Shown here piece by piece: positions 23,945-32,479 of a stretch of DNA of 64,000 nucleotides. The stretch lies in the NCBI GenBank assembly GCA_046540255.1, contig JBKHFJ010000002.1, forward strand, positions 42,616 to 106,615, in the 5' to 3' direction. How positions within the stretch are numbered: the stretch's first letter is position 1; every line of letters starts with the position of its first letter. This DNA comes from Methanomassiliicoccales archaeon (GTDB lineage: Archaea > Thermoplasmatota > Thermoplasmata > Methanomassiliicoccales > JAAEEP01). Below the pieces are notes generated by a model, which was not told where the DNA came from, did not search any database, and was given only the letters and a program-made list of their open reading frames with translations. The translations under genes and the position numbers were made by a program.

Positions 23945-23987
23945 GTATCGTCCTCCGGCCAAGATATACCCTTCCCCTCGACGATAC
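23945..23987. promoter_or_regulatory. Inverted repeat GTATCGTC ... GACGATAC bracketing a TATA-like element upstream of corA
   Basis: 8-nt arms at 23945-23952 and 23980-23987 enclose AAGATATACC. The repeat lies 14 nt upstream of the corA start (23931), in the region shared with the divergent mtnA-like gene. Confidence 0.35.
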
Positions 23988-24055
23988 ATTTCTATCCTCC
24001 GGGGCCAATCAAGGGAGCGGGTGAGCGTCTGCGAGTGGTTACCCCCCATGGGGAG

Positions 24056-25033
24056 ATGGAGATGAGGGCGGTGTGGTTCGAGAACCACCGGGTGAGGATG
24101 ATCGATCAGAGACTCCTTCCCCAGCGGTTCCAGGTGGTGGACCTGGGGAACACCCAGGAGGTGGCCTGGGCCATCGCCAACATGGTGGTGAGGGGGGCAC
24201 CCTCCATCGGGGCGGCCGCCGCCTACGGCATGGCGCTCTCGGTGGCCGCCGGGGAGGACCCGGAGCAGGCCGGCGGACTGCTTAGATCGGCCAGGCCCAC
24301 CGCCAACGACCTGTTCTATGCGGTCGACCACATGATCGGGGAGATCGAATCCGGTCGGAACGCCTTGGAGGCGGCCGAGGCCTACGCGCAGGATATCGTG
24401 GACCGGTGCGTGAGGATAGGGGAGCACGGCGCCTCACTGATCGCCGACGGGGACAAGGTGATGACCCACTGCAACGCCGGCGCGCTGGCCGCGGTGGACG
24501 TGGGGACCGCCCTCGCCCCCATCCGGGTGGCCTGGAGGAAAGGAAGGCAGCTCTTCGTCTACGTCTCGGAGACCCGACCCAGGATGCAGGGGATGAGGTT
24601 GACCGCCTGGGAGCTGGTGAACGAGGGGATACCCCACGCCATCATCGCCGACGGGGCCTCCGGTCACTTCATGAGGCAGGGCGTCGACTTGGTCATCACT
24701 GGGGCGGACAGGATCGCCGCCAACGGGGACTTCGCCAACAAGATCGGTACCTATGAGAAGGCGGTGGTGGCCCGCGAGCTGAAAATACCCCTGTACGTGG
24801 CCGCACCGGTCTCCACCTTCGACCTGGACCTGGAGAACGGTGACCGGATCGAGATCGAGCACCGGGGGGCGGAGGAGGTCACCTCCCCCTGCGGACATCC
24901 GATGGCCCCCCAGGGCTCCCAGGCGTTCAACCCGGCCTTCGACGTCACCCCGGCACACCTGGTGACCGGCTTCATCACCGAGAGGGGTATCCTCAGGCCT
25001 CATCAGGTGGCCGAGATGGGGGAGGAGAGATGA
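24056..25033 (+). CDS. mtnA: Methylthioribose-1-phosphate isomerase family (aIF-2B-related MtnA-like)
   Basis: VWFENHRVRMIDQRLLP...VRGAPSIGAAAAYG...THCNAGALA...ETRPRMQG.RLTAWEL...GADRIAANGDFANKIGTY. ATG 24056, or GTG 24035 as an alternative start. Confidence 0.8.
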   Translation: MEMRAVWFENHRVRMIDQRLLPQRFQVVDLGNTQEVAWAIANMVVRGAPSIGAAAAYGMALSVAAGEDPEQAGGLLRSARPTANDLFYAVDHMIGEIESGRNALEAAEAYAQDIVDRCVRIGEHGASLIADGDKVMTHCNAGALAAVDVGTALAPIRVAWRKGRQLFVYVSETRPRMQGMRLTAWELVNEGIPHAIIADGASGHFMRQGVDLVITGADRIAANGDFANKIGTYEKAVVARELKIPLYVAAPVSTFDLDLENGDRIEIEHRGAEEVTSPCGHPMAPQGSQAFNPAFDVTPAHLVTGFITERGILRPHQVAEMGEER

Positions 25034-25641
25034 TGGACAGGGAGACCGCCCTGAGGATGGAGCTGGTGAGGTACTGCCATCTGATGTACGAGAGGAATCT
25101 TACCTTCGCCACCGGGGGGAATCTCAGCGTGAGGCTGGACGAGCGGAGCATCCTGATCACCCCCTCCGGTCTGAGGAAGGGGGAGGTGAGGGAGGACGAC
25201 ATCATCCGGGTGAACCTGGATACGGGGGAGTGCCTGGGCAAAGGCCGGCCGTCCATGGAGACCCCCCTCCACACCGCCATGTACTCCCGGAAGGTGGGGG
25301 CGGTGGTCCACGGTCATCCCCCCTACTGCACCGCCCTCTCCGTATCCGGCATCGGGCTGGCCACCGACATGGTCCCCGAGGGCGTGCTGATCCTGGGAAA
25401 GGTGCCGCTGGTGCCCTACCGCACCCCTGGAACGGAGGAGCTGGCCGAGTCCCTGGCCTCCCACGAGGCGGTGGCCTATCTCATGGAGAACCACGGCGCC
25501 CTCACCGTGGGGAGGGATCTGGAGGAGGCGTTCAACAGGCTGGAGGAGATGGAATTCCTGGCCCGGGTGCAGGTGATCGCCGGCTCCTCGGGCGGTGTGA
25601 GGGAGCTGCCGGAGGAGGAGCTGAGGAGGCTACGGCCCTGA
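25030..25641 (+). CDS. Class II aldolase/adducin-family protein (MtnB or fuculose-phosphate-aldolase-like)
   Basis: ..TFATGGNLSVRLD..ILITPSG..., ..ETPLHTAMY.., ..AVVHGHPPYCTALS.. are Zn-binding His motifs. ATGA overlap with the mtnA-like stop. Confidence 0.75.
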   Translation: MMDRETALRMELVRYCHLMYERNLTFATGGNLSVRLDERSILITPSGLRKGEVREDDIIRVNLDTGECLGKGRPSMETPLHTAMYSRKVGAVVHGHPPYCTALSVSGIGLATDMVPEGVLILGKVPLVPYRTPGTEELAESLASHEAVAYLMENHGALTVGRDLEEAFNRLEEMEFLARVQVIAGSSGGVRELPEEELRRLRP

Positions 25642-25642
25642 A

Positions 25643-26260
25643 TCACCTGGTCCTCTCGGCCAGGTAGTGGTTGGTGTTGAAGGTCCTGAGCACCATCCCC
25701 CTCCGGCCGCGCCTCAGCTCGGTGATGGCGCAGTGGTCCTGGGCCAGGTGGTACATGCGGTCCAGGGACCCGCCCAGCACCTGGACGGTCATTATCTGGC
25801 AGAGGCAGTTGTGGGTCACCGCCAGCACGTTCCCCTCCATCCCGGCCGCCTGACGGAGGAAGCGGTCGGTGCGGTCCGCCACCTCCTGGATGCTCTCCCC
25901 GCCTGGGAATCGGAACACGGAGGGCGTCTCGCTCTGGACCCTGAACTCCTCGGGGTATTCCTCCATCACCCGGGTGACCTCCATGCCCTCCCATTCCCCC
26001 ACGTCCGGATCGATCAGCAGTTCCCACGCCTCCGGCTCCAGGCCCAGGAAGGGGGCCACGATCCGGGCGGTCTCGGTGGCCCGGGCCAGGGGGCTGACCA
26101 GCAACCTGTCGATGTTCAGACCGGCGAGGTGCTCCCCCGCCGAGCGGGCCTGCTCCCTCCCCAGCTCGGAGAGGGGGACCTGGGACCGGCCGCGGTACAC
26201 CTTCCGGCGGTTCCAGGGCGTCTGCCCGTGCCTCATGAGGTACAGCCTGTCCCGGGGCAT
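25643..26260 (-). CDS. Histidine phosphatase family protein (phosphoglycerate-mutase-like)
   Basis: LYLMRHGQTPWN (RHG catalytic motif) ...SPLARATETARIV...AVTHN. Confidence 0.8.
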   Translation of the reverse strand: MPRDRLYLMRHGQTPWNRRKVYRGRSQVPLSELGREQARSAGEHLAGLNIDRLLVSPLARATETARIVAPFLGLEPEAWELLIDPDVGEWEGMEVTRVMEEYPEEFRVQSETPSVFRFPGGESIQEVADRTDRFLRQAAGMEGNVLAVTHNCLCQIMTVQVLGGSLDRMYHLAQDHCAITELRRGRRGMVLRTFNTNHYLAERTR

Positions 26261-26335
26261 GACTAAGGGGGAATGGTAAAGGTGGTATTAATGCCCAGCA
26301 GAAAAAGGATTAAGCACCGGGTCGATTTCCCGGTG

Positions 26336-27373
26336 ATGATATTGGTCACCAAGTGGTTCGGCGTCTTCCTCCTGGAGGGGCAGGAGGTAAAGGATCACCG
26401 CCTGTTCCCTCAGGATCCCCAGGCCATGGCGCAGAAGATGGCCACCATCCAGAAGGGGGGGATCCTGCCGGAGGAGAGGGAGATGGCCGGCGAGGGCGTG
26501 CAGGTGACCGAACCCAGGATCTCCTCCATGGGGCAGGTGGTGGAGAGGGACACCTCCTTCATCAGGCCGGAGGACTTCTCGGTCGATCCGGGCCTGCTAC
26601 AGAGGGCCATGGTGGAGCTGGGGAAGATCCGGACCAGGGAGGCGGTGGGCCCGGACGCGGCCATCGTGCAGGCCATCCGGGCCATCGACGATCTAATAGA
26701 GACCATCAACCTGATGAGCGAGAGGATCCACGAGTGGTACGGCCTGCACTTCCCCGAGCTGGAGGGGATGGTGGGGGAGATCGAGTACCTGAGGGCCATA
26801 CACGAGCACGGTCACCGGGAGAGGGTGACCGAGGCGCTGGAGATGGACGTGGACTCGATCGGCGGGGAGATGGAGGAGGGGGACCTGCAGGTGATCATGG
26901 AGATGGCCGGGCAGGTGCTGGACCTGCACTCGAGGAAGGAGTCGCTGGAGTCCTACGTCTCCGACAGGATGGAGGACTGCGCCCCCAATCTCACCGCCCT
27001 GGTGGGCGCGAACCTGGGGGCCAGGCTGATCTCCCTGGGCGGGGGACTGGAGAGGCTGTCCAGGCTGCCCTCCTCCACCGTTCAGCTGCTGGGGGCGGAG
27101 AAGGCGATGTTTCAGCACCTCAGGGCGAACAAGAAGCCGCCCAAGCACGGCATCATATTCCAGCACCCCGCCGTCCACCGCTCCCCCCACTGGCAGAGGG
27201 GGAAGATCTCCCGCACCTTGGGGTCGAAGATCTCCATCGCCGCCAAGGTGGATCACTGGCAGGGGGAGTACATGGGCGACCGGCTGAGGGAGGATATGGA
27301 GGCTCGTGTGGAGGAGGTGAGGAGGAAGTACCCCTCCCCGCCCAGGAAGAAGAGGAAGAAGCGGGGGAAATGA
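26336..27373 (+). CDS. nop5: Nop5 (Nop56/58) C/D box sRNP core protein
   Basis: The N-terminus MILVTKWFGVFLLEG..., a coiled-coil middle, the NOP domain ..APNLTALVGANLGARLISLGGGLERLSRLPSSTVQLLGAEKAMF..., and a basic KKRKKRGK tail. Start taken at ATG 26336 within track ORF 26273-27373. Confidence 0.85.
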   Translation: MILVTKWFGVFLLEGQEVKDHRLFPQDPQAMAQKMATIQKGGILPEEREMAGEGVQVTEPRISSMGQVVERDTSFIRPEDFSVDPGLLQRAMVELGKIRTREAVGPDAAIVQAIRAIDDLIETINLMSERIHEWYGLHFPELEGMVGEIEYLRAIHEHGHRERVTEALEMDVDSIGGEMEEGDLQVIMEMAGQVLDLHSRKESLESYVSDRMEDCAPNLTALVGANLGARLISLGGGLERLSRLPSSTVQLLGAEKAMFQHLRANKKPPKHGIIFQHPAVHRSPHWQRGKISRTLGSKISIAAKVDHWQGEYMGDRLREDMEARVEEVRRKYPSPPRKKRKKRGK

Positions 27374-27416
27374 GCAATTTTTTTATGTTGAAGGCCATAT
27401 CCTTCAATCGATTGTC

Positions 27417-27803
27417 ATGTCGTGGACCCAATCCGAGGTTAGAGAGCTCAAGGAGAACAGGTACGTTATGATCGACGATGAACCCAGCAGGATCACCAGC
27501 ATATCGACATCCAAGCCCGGGAAGCACGGTGAGGCCAAGGCCAGGATAGAGGCAGTTGGCGTGTTCGACGGGCAGAAGAGGAACATCGTGAAGCCCGTCA
27601 CCCACAAGATCAGGGTCCCCATCATTGACAAGAGGAAGGCGCAGGTGCTCTCGTTCGTGGGGAGCGAGGTGCAGCTCATGGACCTGGAGAACTACGAGAC
27701 CTTCAACCTTCCCCTGCCCGAGGAGCTGGAGGGCCAGATGGACGAGGGGCAGGAGATCATGTACATGGAAGCCATGGGGAAGAAGAAGATCACCAGGACA
27801 TAG
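27417..27803 (+). CDS. eif5a: Translation initiation factor 5A (aIF5A)
   Basis: ..STSKPGKHGEAKARIE.. contains the hypusine-site lysine context. The remainder is an SH3-like plus OB fold. Confidence 0.9.
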   Translation: MSWTQSEVRELKENRYVMIDDEPSRITSISTSKPGKHGEAKARIEAVGVFDGQKRNIVKPVTHKIRVPIIDKRKAQVLSFVGSEVQLMDLENYETFNLPLPEELEGQMDEGQEIMYMEAMGKKKITRT

Positions 27804-27807
27804 GATC

Positions 27808-28638
27808 ATGATCCCGGGGCTCTCCTTCGCCGACGCCGACTCCACCTACCGGGAGTCGGATTGGATCATTCTGGGGGTCCCCTTCGACCGGACCTCCTCG
27901 TTCCGACCCGGTTCCAGGTTCGGGCCCAATGCCATCCGGGAGGCTTCCTACAACTTCGAGACCTTTCTATTCGAGCATCAGGTGGACCTGAGGGAGGTCC
28001 CCTACCACGACGCCGGGAACCTGGAGGAGTTCGGCAGCGTGGGGGACATGGTCGCCATCGTCCAGGGGGAGGTGGAGAGCATGTTGGGGGATGGGAAGAG
28101 GCCCCTGCTGCTGGGAGGGGAGCACAGCGTGACCATCCCCGCCCTGAGGGCCATGGAGGACCTGACCTTCGTGTCCATCGACGCCCACCTCGACTTCAGG
28201 GAGGAGTACCTGGGGGAGAGGCACAGTCACGCCTGCGTCACCCGACGGGCGGTGGAGCAACTGGGGAGGGAGAGGGTGCTGGTGGTGGGCGTCCGATCGA
28301 TCTCCCCGGAGGAGAGTGAGGGCACCCCTCCCTACCTGGACGCCTTCACCCTCCGAAAGGAGGGGGAGGGGGCGATCGAGCGGGCCCTGGATGACCTGCC
28401 AGGGGAGAGGGTCTACCTGAGCCTGGACATCGACGGCATCGACCCGGCCTACGCCCCGGCCACCGGTACGCCGGAGCCCTTTGGACTGGATCCTTACCAG
28501 GTGAAACTGATCATCGACCTCTTGGGGGAGAGGCTGGTCGGCTTCGACCTCACCGAGGTGGCCCCTCCCTACGACCGAGGGAACACGGCAGCCCTGGCAG
28601 CCAGGCTGGTCAGGGAGGTGCTGGCGGTCTCCAGGTGA
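27808..28638 (+). CDS. speB: Agmatinase (ureohydrolase family)
   Basis: GVPFDRTSSFRPGSRFGPNAIR, GGEHSVT, DAHLDFR, LSLDIDGIDPAYAPATGTPEPFG are the Mn-binding motifs. Start ATG 27808. Confidence 0.85.
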   Translation: MIPGLSFADADSTYRESDWIILGVPFDRTSSFRPGSRFGPNAIREASYNFETFLFEHQVDLREVPYHDAGNLEEFGSVGDMVAIVQGEVESMLGDGKRPLLLGGEHSVTIPALRAMEDLTFVSIDAHLDFREEYLGERHSHACVTRRAVEQLGRERVLVVGVRSISPEESEGTPPYLDAFTLRKEGEGAIERALDDLPGERVYLSLDIDGIDPAYAPATGTPEPFGLDPYQVKLIIDLLGERLVGFDLTEVAPPYDRGNTAALAARLVREVLAVSR

Positions 28639-28642
28639 GGGG

Positions 28643-29207
28643 TTGGACCCTGGGGCCGTCCTCCCGGCTTTCGTGCTCCTCCTGCTCACCGAGATGGCGG
28701 ACAAGACCATGCTGGCGGTGATCACCCTGTCCTGCCGCCATCCTCATCGCCAGGTCTTCGTGGGGGCGGCCACCGCCCTCCTACTGCTCACCGCCGTGGG
28801 GGTGGCCCTGGGCGGGGCCATCTACCGGCTGGTCCCGGGCTGGGGTGACCCTGTTCGTCGCCCTGCTGTTCCTGGCGATGGGGGCGTACACCATATGGAA
28901 GGAGGAGGGGGAGGTCCCGCTGTCGAACCGATGGTGGGGAGGGGCGATGACCGCCTTCTCCCTGATCGCCCTGATGGAGCTGGGGGACAAGAGCCAGCTG
29001 GCGGTGATCGCCCTCTCCGCGGAGTCGGGCGCGCCCCTAGCAACCTTCATCGGGGCGGCCTCCGCACTGGTTCTCCTGACCGCCTTGAACGTGGTCCTGG
29101 CATGGCAGCTGAGGAAGCGGGTGTCCACCGGGTACCTGAGGCTGGGTAGCGGACTGGTCTTCCTGGCCTTCGGGGCGTTGTTCCTGGTCCAGCTACTGCT
29201 CCAGTAG
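28643..29207 (+). pseudogene. UPF0016 (GDT1/TMEM165-type) cation transporter with a 1-nt frame break
   Basis: The first E-x-G-D-K-(T/S)-like motif (TEMADKT) is in the frame of 28643. The second (MELGDKS) is in the frame of 28845-29207. The third TM helix (VTLFVALLFLAMGAYTIW) continues only in the second frame. The break falls at GGGG 28842-28845, and the length is 565 nt (3n+1). Confidence 0.65.
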
Positions 29208-30554
29208 CCGCTTGACCAGCGCCTCGAACTCCCGGCCATGGGCCTGGGCGGCCTCCCTGGTCCTGCCCTCCGAGTAGATCCTGACGATAGGCTCTGTCCC
29301 CGAGGGCCGGATCAGGGTCCATCCGTCCTCGAAGAACACCTTCACCCCGTCGGTGGTCTCCACCTCACCCTCCAGGTCCTCCCCCTCCAGCCTGGCCAGT
29401 ATCCCCGACTTCTTCCCCTCGGGGCACTCCACCTTCCTCTTGTCCAGGAAGTAGTCCGGGATGGTGGATAGTAGCCTGGACAGCGGGCCGTTCCTGGCCA
29501 CGATCTCCAGCACCTTGACGGCGGCCATGGCGCCGTCCCGGCAGTACTGGTGGGAGGGGAATATGAGCCCTCCGTTCTCCTCCCCCCCGAAGGTGGCCCC
29601 GATCTCCATCATCTTGCGGGCGACCACGGGGGCGCCCACCTGGGTGTAGACCAGCTCGCCACCCTGCTCCCTGACCACGTCCGCCACGCAGGAGGAGGAG
29701 GACACCGGGGTGACCACCGTGCCCCCCTCCTCCCGGACCATCTCCCTAGACACCAGGGCGAGGGTCTTGTCCCCGTACACGTAGGAGCCGTTCTCGTCCA
29801 CGAATATGGTGCGGTCGGCGTCCCCGTCGTGCGCTATCCCCAGGGAGGCCGACGATCCCCTCACGGCGGAGATCAGCCCCTCCAGATTCTCCGGGGTGGG
29901 CTCGCTGGGATGACCGGGGAAGGAGCCCTGCGGATTGGAGTTCAGGGTGATCGCCCTTACTCCCAGGGCGTCCAGCAGATCTGGAGTGACCACCGATCCG
30001 GCCCCGTTGGCGCAGTCCAGGATCACGGTGAGATCGGCCTCGGCTATCGCCCGGCCGTCCACCTGAGCCTGGACTGCCCTTGAGTAAGAATGGGTGGCGC
30101 CGGGACGGGGCAGTATCTGCCCCACCTGATCCCAGCCCTTGAGGGCGAAGCCCCCCTGGAAGTAGATGCGCTCTATCCGCTCCTCCTTCTCCCTGGGCAT
30201 CTCCGTTCCATCGGAGTCGATGCACTTGATCCCGTTGAACTCGGGGGGGTTGTGGGAAGCTGTGATCATGACCCCTCCGGAGACGTCGTTCCGCTTGACG
30301 TAGAACTGCAGGGCGGGCGTGGGCATCATCCCCAGGTCCACCACCTCCGCCCCCACCGAGGTCATGCCCGCGGAGACGGCGCTCCTGAGCATGTGCCCCG
30401 AGGTCCGCGTATCGGATGCCAGGGCCACCGTGCCCCCCATGAAGGTGCCTATGGCCTTGCCCAGGTCGAGGGTGAGCTGGGCGGTCATGTCCTGGTTGAT
30501 GATCCCCCTGACACCGTTGGTGCCGAAAAGCCTCTCCGTCATAGGTGCTCCCAT
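29193..30554 (-). CDS. Phosphoglucomutase/phosphomannomutase (second phosphohexomutase paralog)
   Basis: FGTNGVRG, TASHNPPEFNGIK, GIAHDGDADR, RPSGTEPIVR. An alternative start is Met5 (30542). Confidence 0.85.
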   Translation of the reverse strand: MGAPMTERLFGTNGVRGIINQDMTAQLTLDLGKAIGTFMGGTVALASDTRTSGHMLRSAVSAGMTSVGAEVVDLGMMPTPALQFYVKRNDVSGGVMITASHNPPEFNGIKCIDSDGTEMPREKEERIERIYFQGGFALKGWDQVGQILPRPGATHSYSRAVQAQVDGRAIAEADLTVILDCANGAGSVVTPDLLDALGVRAITLNSNPQGSFPGHPSEPTPENLEGLISAVRGSSASLGIAHDGDADRTIFVDENGSYVYGDKTLALVSREMVREEGGTVVTPVSSSSCVADVVREQGGELVYTQVGAPVVARKMMEIGATFGGEENGGLIFPSHQYCRDGAMAAVKVLEIVARNGPLSRLLSTIPDYFLDKRKVECPEGKKSGILARLEGEDLEGEVETTDGVKVFFEDGWTLIRPSGTEPIVRIYSEGRTREAAQAHGREFEALVKRLLEQ

Positions 30555-30622
30555 GACGCCGGTAACGACAGGCCAGAATAAATATTGCTCGGGCTTCTGA
30601 CCGCCTCACGGGCGCGCGGCCA

Positions 30623-30838
30623 TCACATTGGTGAGATGCTGACCACGTTGTTGCCCCTGAGCACCACCGTCCCCAGCCTCCTGGTCTGCTCAGAGGTCCT
30701 CTCCTCGGTCTCCTCCAGGACCATGTTCATGTAATCGTCATACCCGGTGAGCTTCCCCTCAAGTATCCGGTTGTCCTTCAGGAGGAGTGAGATCTTCTTA
30801 TCCATCGATTTCTCAAGTAACGCCAGCGGCATCACCAT
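30623..30838 (-). CDS. Sm-like archaeal protein (SmAP/LSm)
   Basis: The Sm1/Sm2 motifs LLKDNRILEGKLTGYDDYMNMVLEETEE...VVLRGNNVVSISP. Confidence 0.85.
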   Translation of the reverse strand: MVMPLALLEKSMDKKISLLLKDNRILEGKLTGYDDYMNMVLEETEERTSEQTRRLGTVVLRGNNVVSISPM

Positions 30839-30945
30839 GTTATCACTGCCCTGCCAACTACTGTGGTGGATTTAAACCTTTCCTTATCATTCAGCCCCTG
30901 GGCGGGTGAACGAAAGCCTAATCCCCGACCATAACTATCTAGTCA

Positions 30946-31980
30946 ATGAAGCACATGGAACAGCGTCTCCTGGAGATCGTCATCCCCACCAGCCGGGCCC
31001 ACCGGGTCAGGGACATCGCCGAGGAGAACGGATATCTGGACATGTGGGAGGAGGAGTGCGTGGACGACCGCACCCTCTTCAGGATCCTCACCAAGGGGGA
31101 CCAGACCGAGCTGCTCCTGGACGATCTGGAGAGCCACTTGTCCTGGATAGACGGCTTCCGCATCGTGATCCTGCCGGTGGAGGCCTCACTGCCCCGACCC
31201 GAGGAGGAAGAGGAGGAGAAAGAAGGGGAAGAGGAGGTCGACGAGGAGGAGAGGGAAAAGAAGAAGAAGGCGGCCACCAGGATCAGCAGGGAGGAGCTCT
31301 ACTCGGACGTCAGCGCCATGACCAAGGTCTCCACCGGCTTCATCATGCTGGTGATCCTCTCCGCCTTGGTGGCCACCGTGGGCCTCTACTCGGACAGCGT
31401 GGCGGTCATCATAGGGGCCATGGTCATCGCCCCCTTCCTGGGGCCGAACGTGGCGTTCTCCATGGCCACCACCCTGGGGGACAAGAGGCTGGCCGGCTTG
31501 GCCGGAAAGGCGAACCTGACGGCCATAGGACTCGCCCTGGCCTTCTCCATCGTCATCGGTCTCTTCCTCAACGTGGACCCCACCAACTTCGAGATCAGCA
31601 GCAGGACCACCGTGGGGGTGGGGGACGTCGTCCTGGCCCTCGCCTCCGGCACAGCGGGGGCCATCTCCATCACGGTGGGGGTGGGCACCGCCCTGGTGGG
31701 AGTGATGGTGGCGGTCGCCCTCCTGCCCGGCCTGGTCGCCTTCGGTCTGCTCCTGGGCGCCGGCTACGTGGACCTGGCCATGGGCGCCATGCTGCTGTTC
31801 CTGATCAACCTCATATGCGTGAACCTCTCCGGGGTGGTGGTCTTCCTGGCCAGCGGAGTCCGCCCCCGGATATGGTGGGAGGCCGAGCAGGCCAAGAGGT
31901 CCACATGGATAGCCATCGGCATGTGGACGGTCATGCTCATGGTCCTGGTGATCGCCGCCTACTTCTCCCAGGCCTGGTGA
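30946..31980 (+). CDS. DUF389-type membrane protein with cytosolic N-domain and poly-Glu linker
   Basis: ..VIIGAMVIAPFLGPNVAFSMATTLGDKRL.. and several following TM helices match the DUF389/TIGR00341 pattern. The acidic linker is EEEEEEKEGEEEVDEEERE. Confidence 0.7.
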   Translation: MKHMEQRLLEIVIPTSRAHRVRDIAEENGYLDMWEEECVDDRTLFRILTKGDQTELLLDDLESHLSWIDGFRIVILPVEASLPRPEEEEEEKEGEEEVDEEEREKKKKAATRISREELYSDVSAMTKVSTGFIMLVILSALVATVGLYSDSVAVIIGAMVIAPFLGPNVAFSMATTLGDKRLAGLAGKANLTAIGLALAFSIVIGLFLNVDPTNFEISSRTTVGVGDVVLALASGTAGAISITVGVGTALVGVMVAVALLPGLVAFGLLLGAGYVDLAMGAMLLFLINLICVNLSGVVVFLASGVRPRIWWEAEQAKRSTWIAIGMWTVMLMVLVIAAYFSQAW

Positions 31981-32478
31981 TCAGGTGCCCAGGCGCTCCT
32001 CCATCCACCGCTTGATGTCCTCCTTCTTACTGCTCTCCAGCCCGAAGTACTCGGAGAACCTCCTGGTGGTGCTCAGGCTGAGGGTGTGCCCCTTCTTCAC
32101 GGCCCGGATGAGTCCCATGGAGCGCAGGATGCGCACGTGCTCGTAGACCCCACCGCCGAGCATCCTGACCAGATCGCTCTGCAGTATGGGCTGGCGGTAG
32201 GCGATCATGGCCGCCGCCTTCAGGGCCTCGTCCGGGACCTCCTTCTCCACGAAAGGTGAGACCACCTCGAGGTAGTCGTCCCGCAGCTTGATGGAGTAGT
32301 GGGAATCCACCTTGTCCACCTCCAGGGCGGAACCCCTCTCCTCGTACTCCTCCCCCAGGACCCTGATCGCCCTCCGGACGGTCTGGGAGCTGTACCCGGT
32401 GCCGCGGGCTATGTCCACCACCCGAAGGGGCCTCTCCGCCGAGAACAGGACGGCCTCCACCACACTCTTGGAATCCAA
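31981..32478 (-). CDS. scpB: Segregation and condensation protein B
   Basis: VEAVLFSAERPLRVVDIA..., ..AAAMIAYRQPILQSDLVRMLGGGVYEHVRILRSMGLI. It is the last gene of the smc-scpA-scpB operon. Confidence 0.8.
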   Translation of the reverse strand: MDSKSVVEAVLFSAERPLRVVDIARGTGYSSQTVRRAIRVLGEEYEERGSALEVDKVDSHYSIKLRDDYLEVVSPFVEKEVPDEALKAAAMIAYRQPILQSDLVRMLGGGVYEHVRILRSMGLIRAVKKGHTLSLSTTRRFSEYFGLESSKKEDIKRWMEERLGT

Positions 32479-32479
32479 T

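Noticed and set aside
31190-31270. GAG/GAA-rich repetitive DNA (also at 57420-57500) as a possible repeat array.
   Set aside because: These are in-frame poly-Glu/Lys linkers inside well-supported proteins (the DUF389 protein and the RPA partner). There is no spacer/repeat periodicity, and no CRISPR-like structure anywhere in the window.
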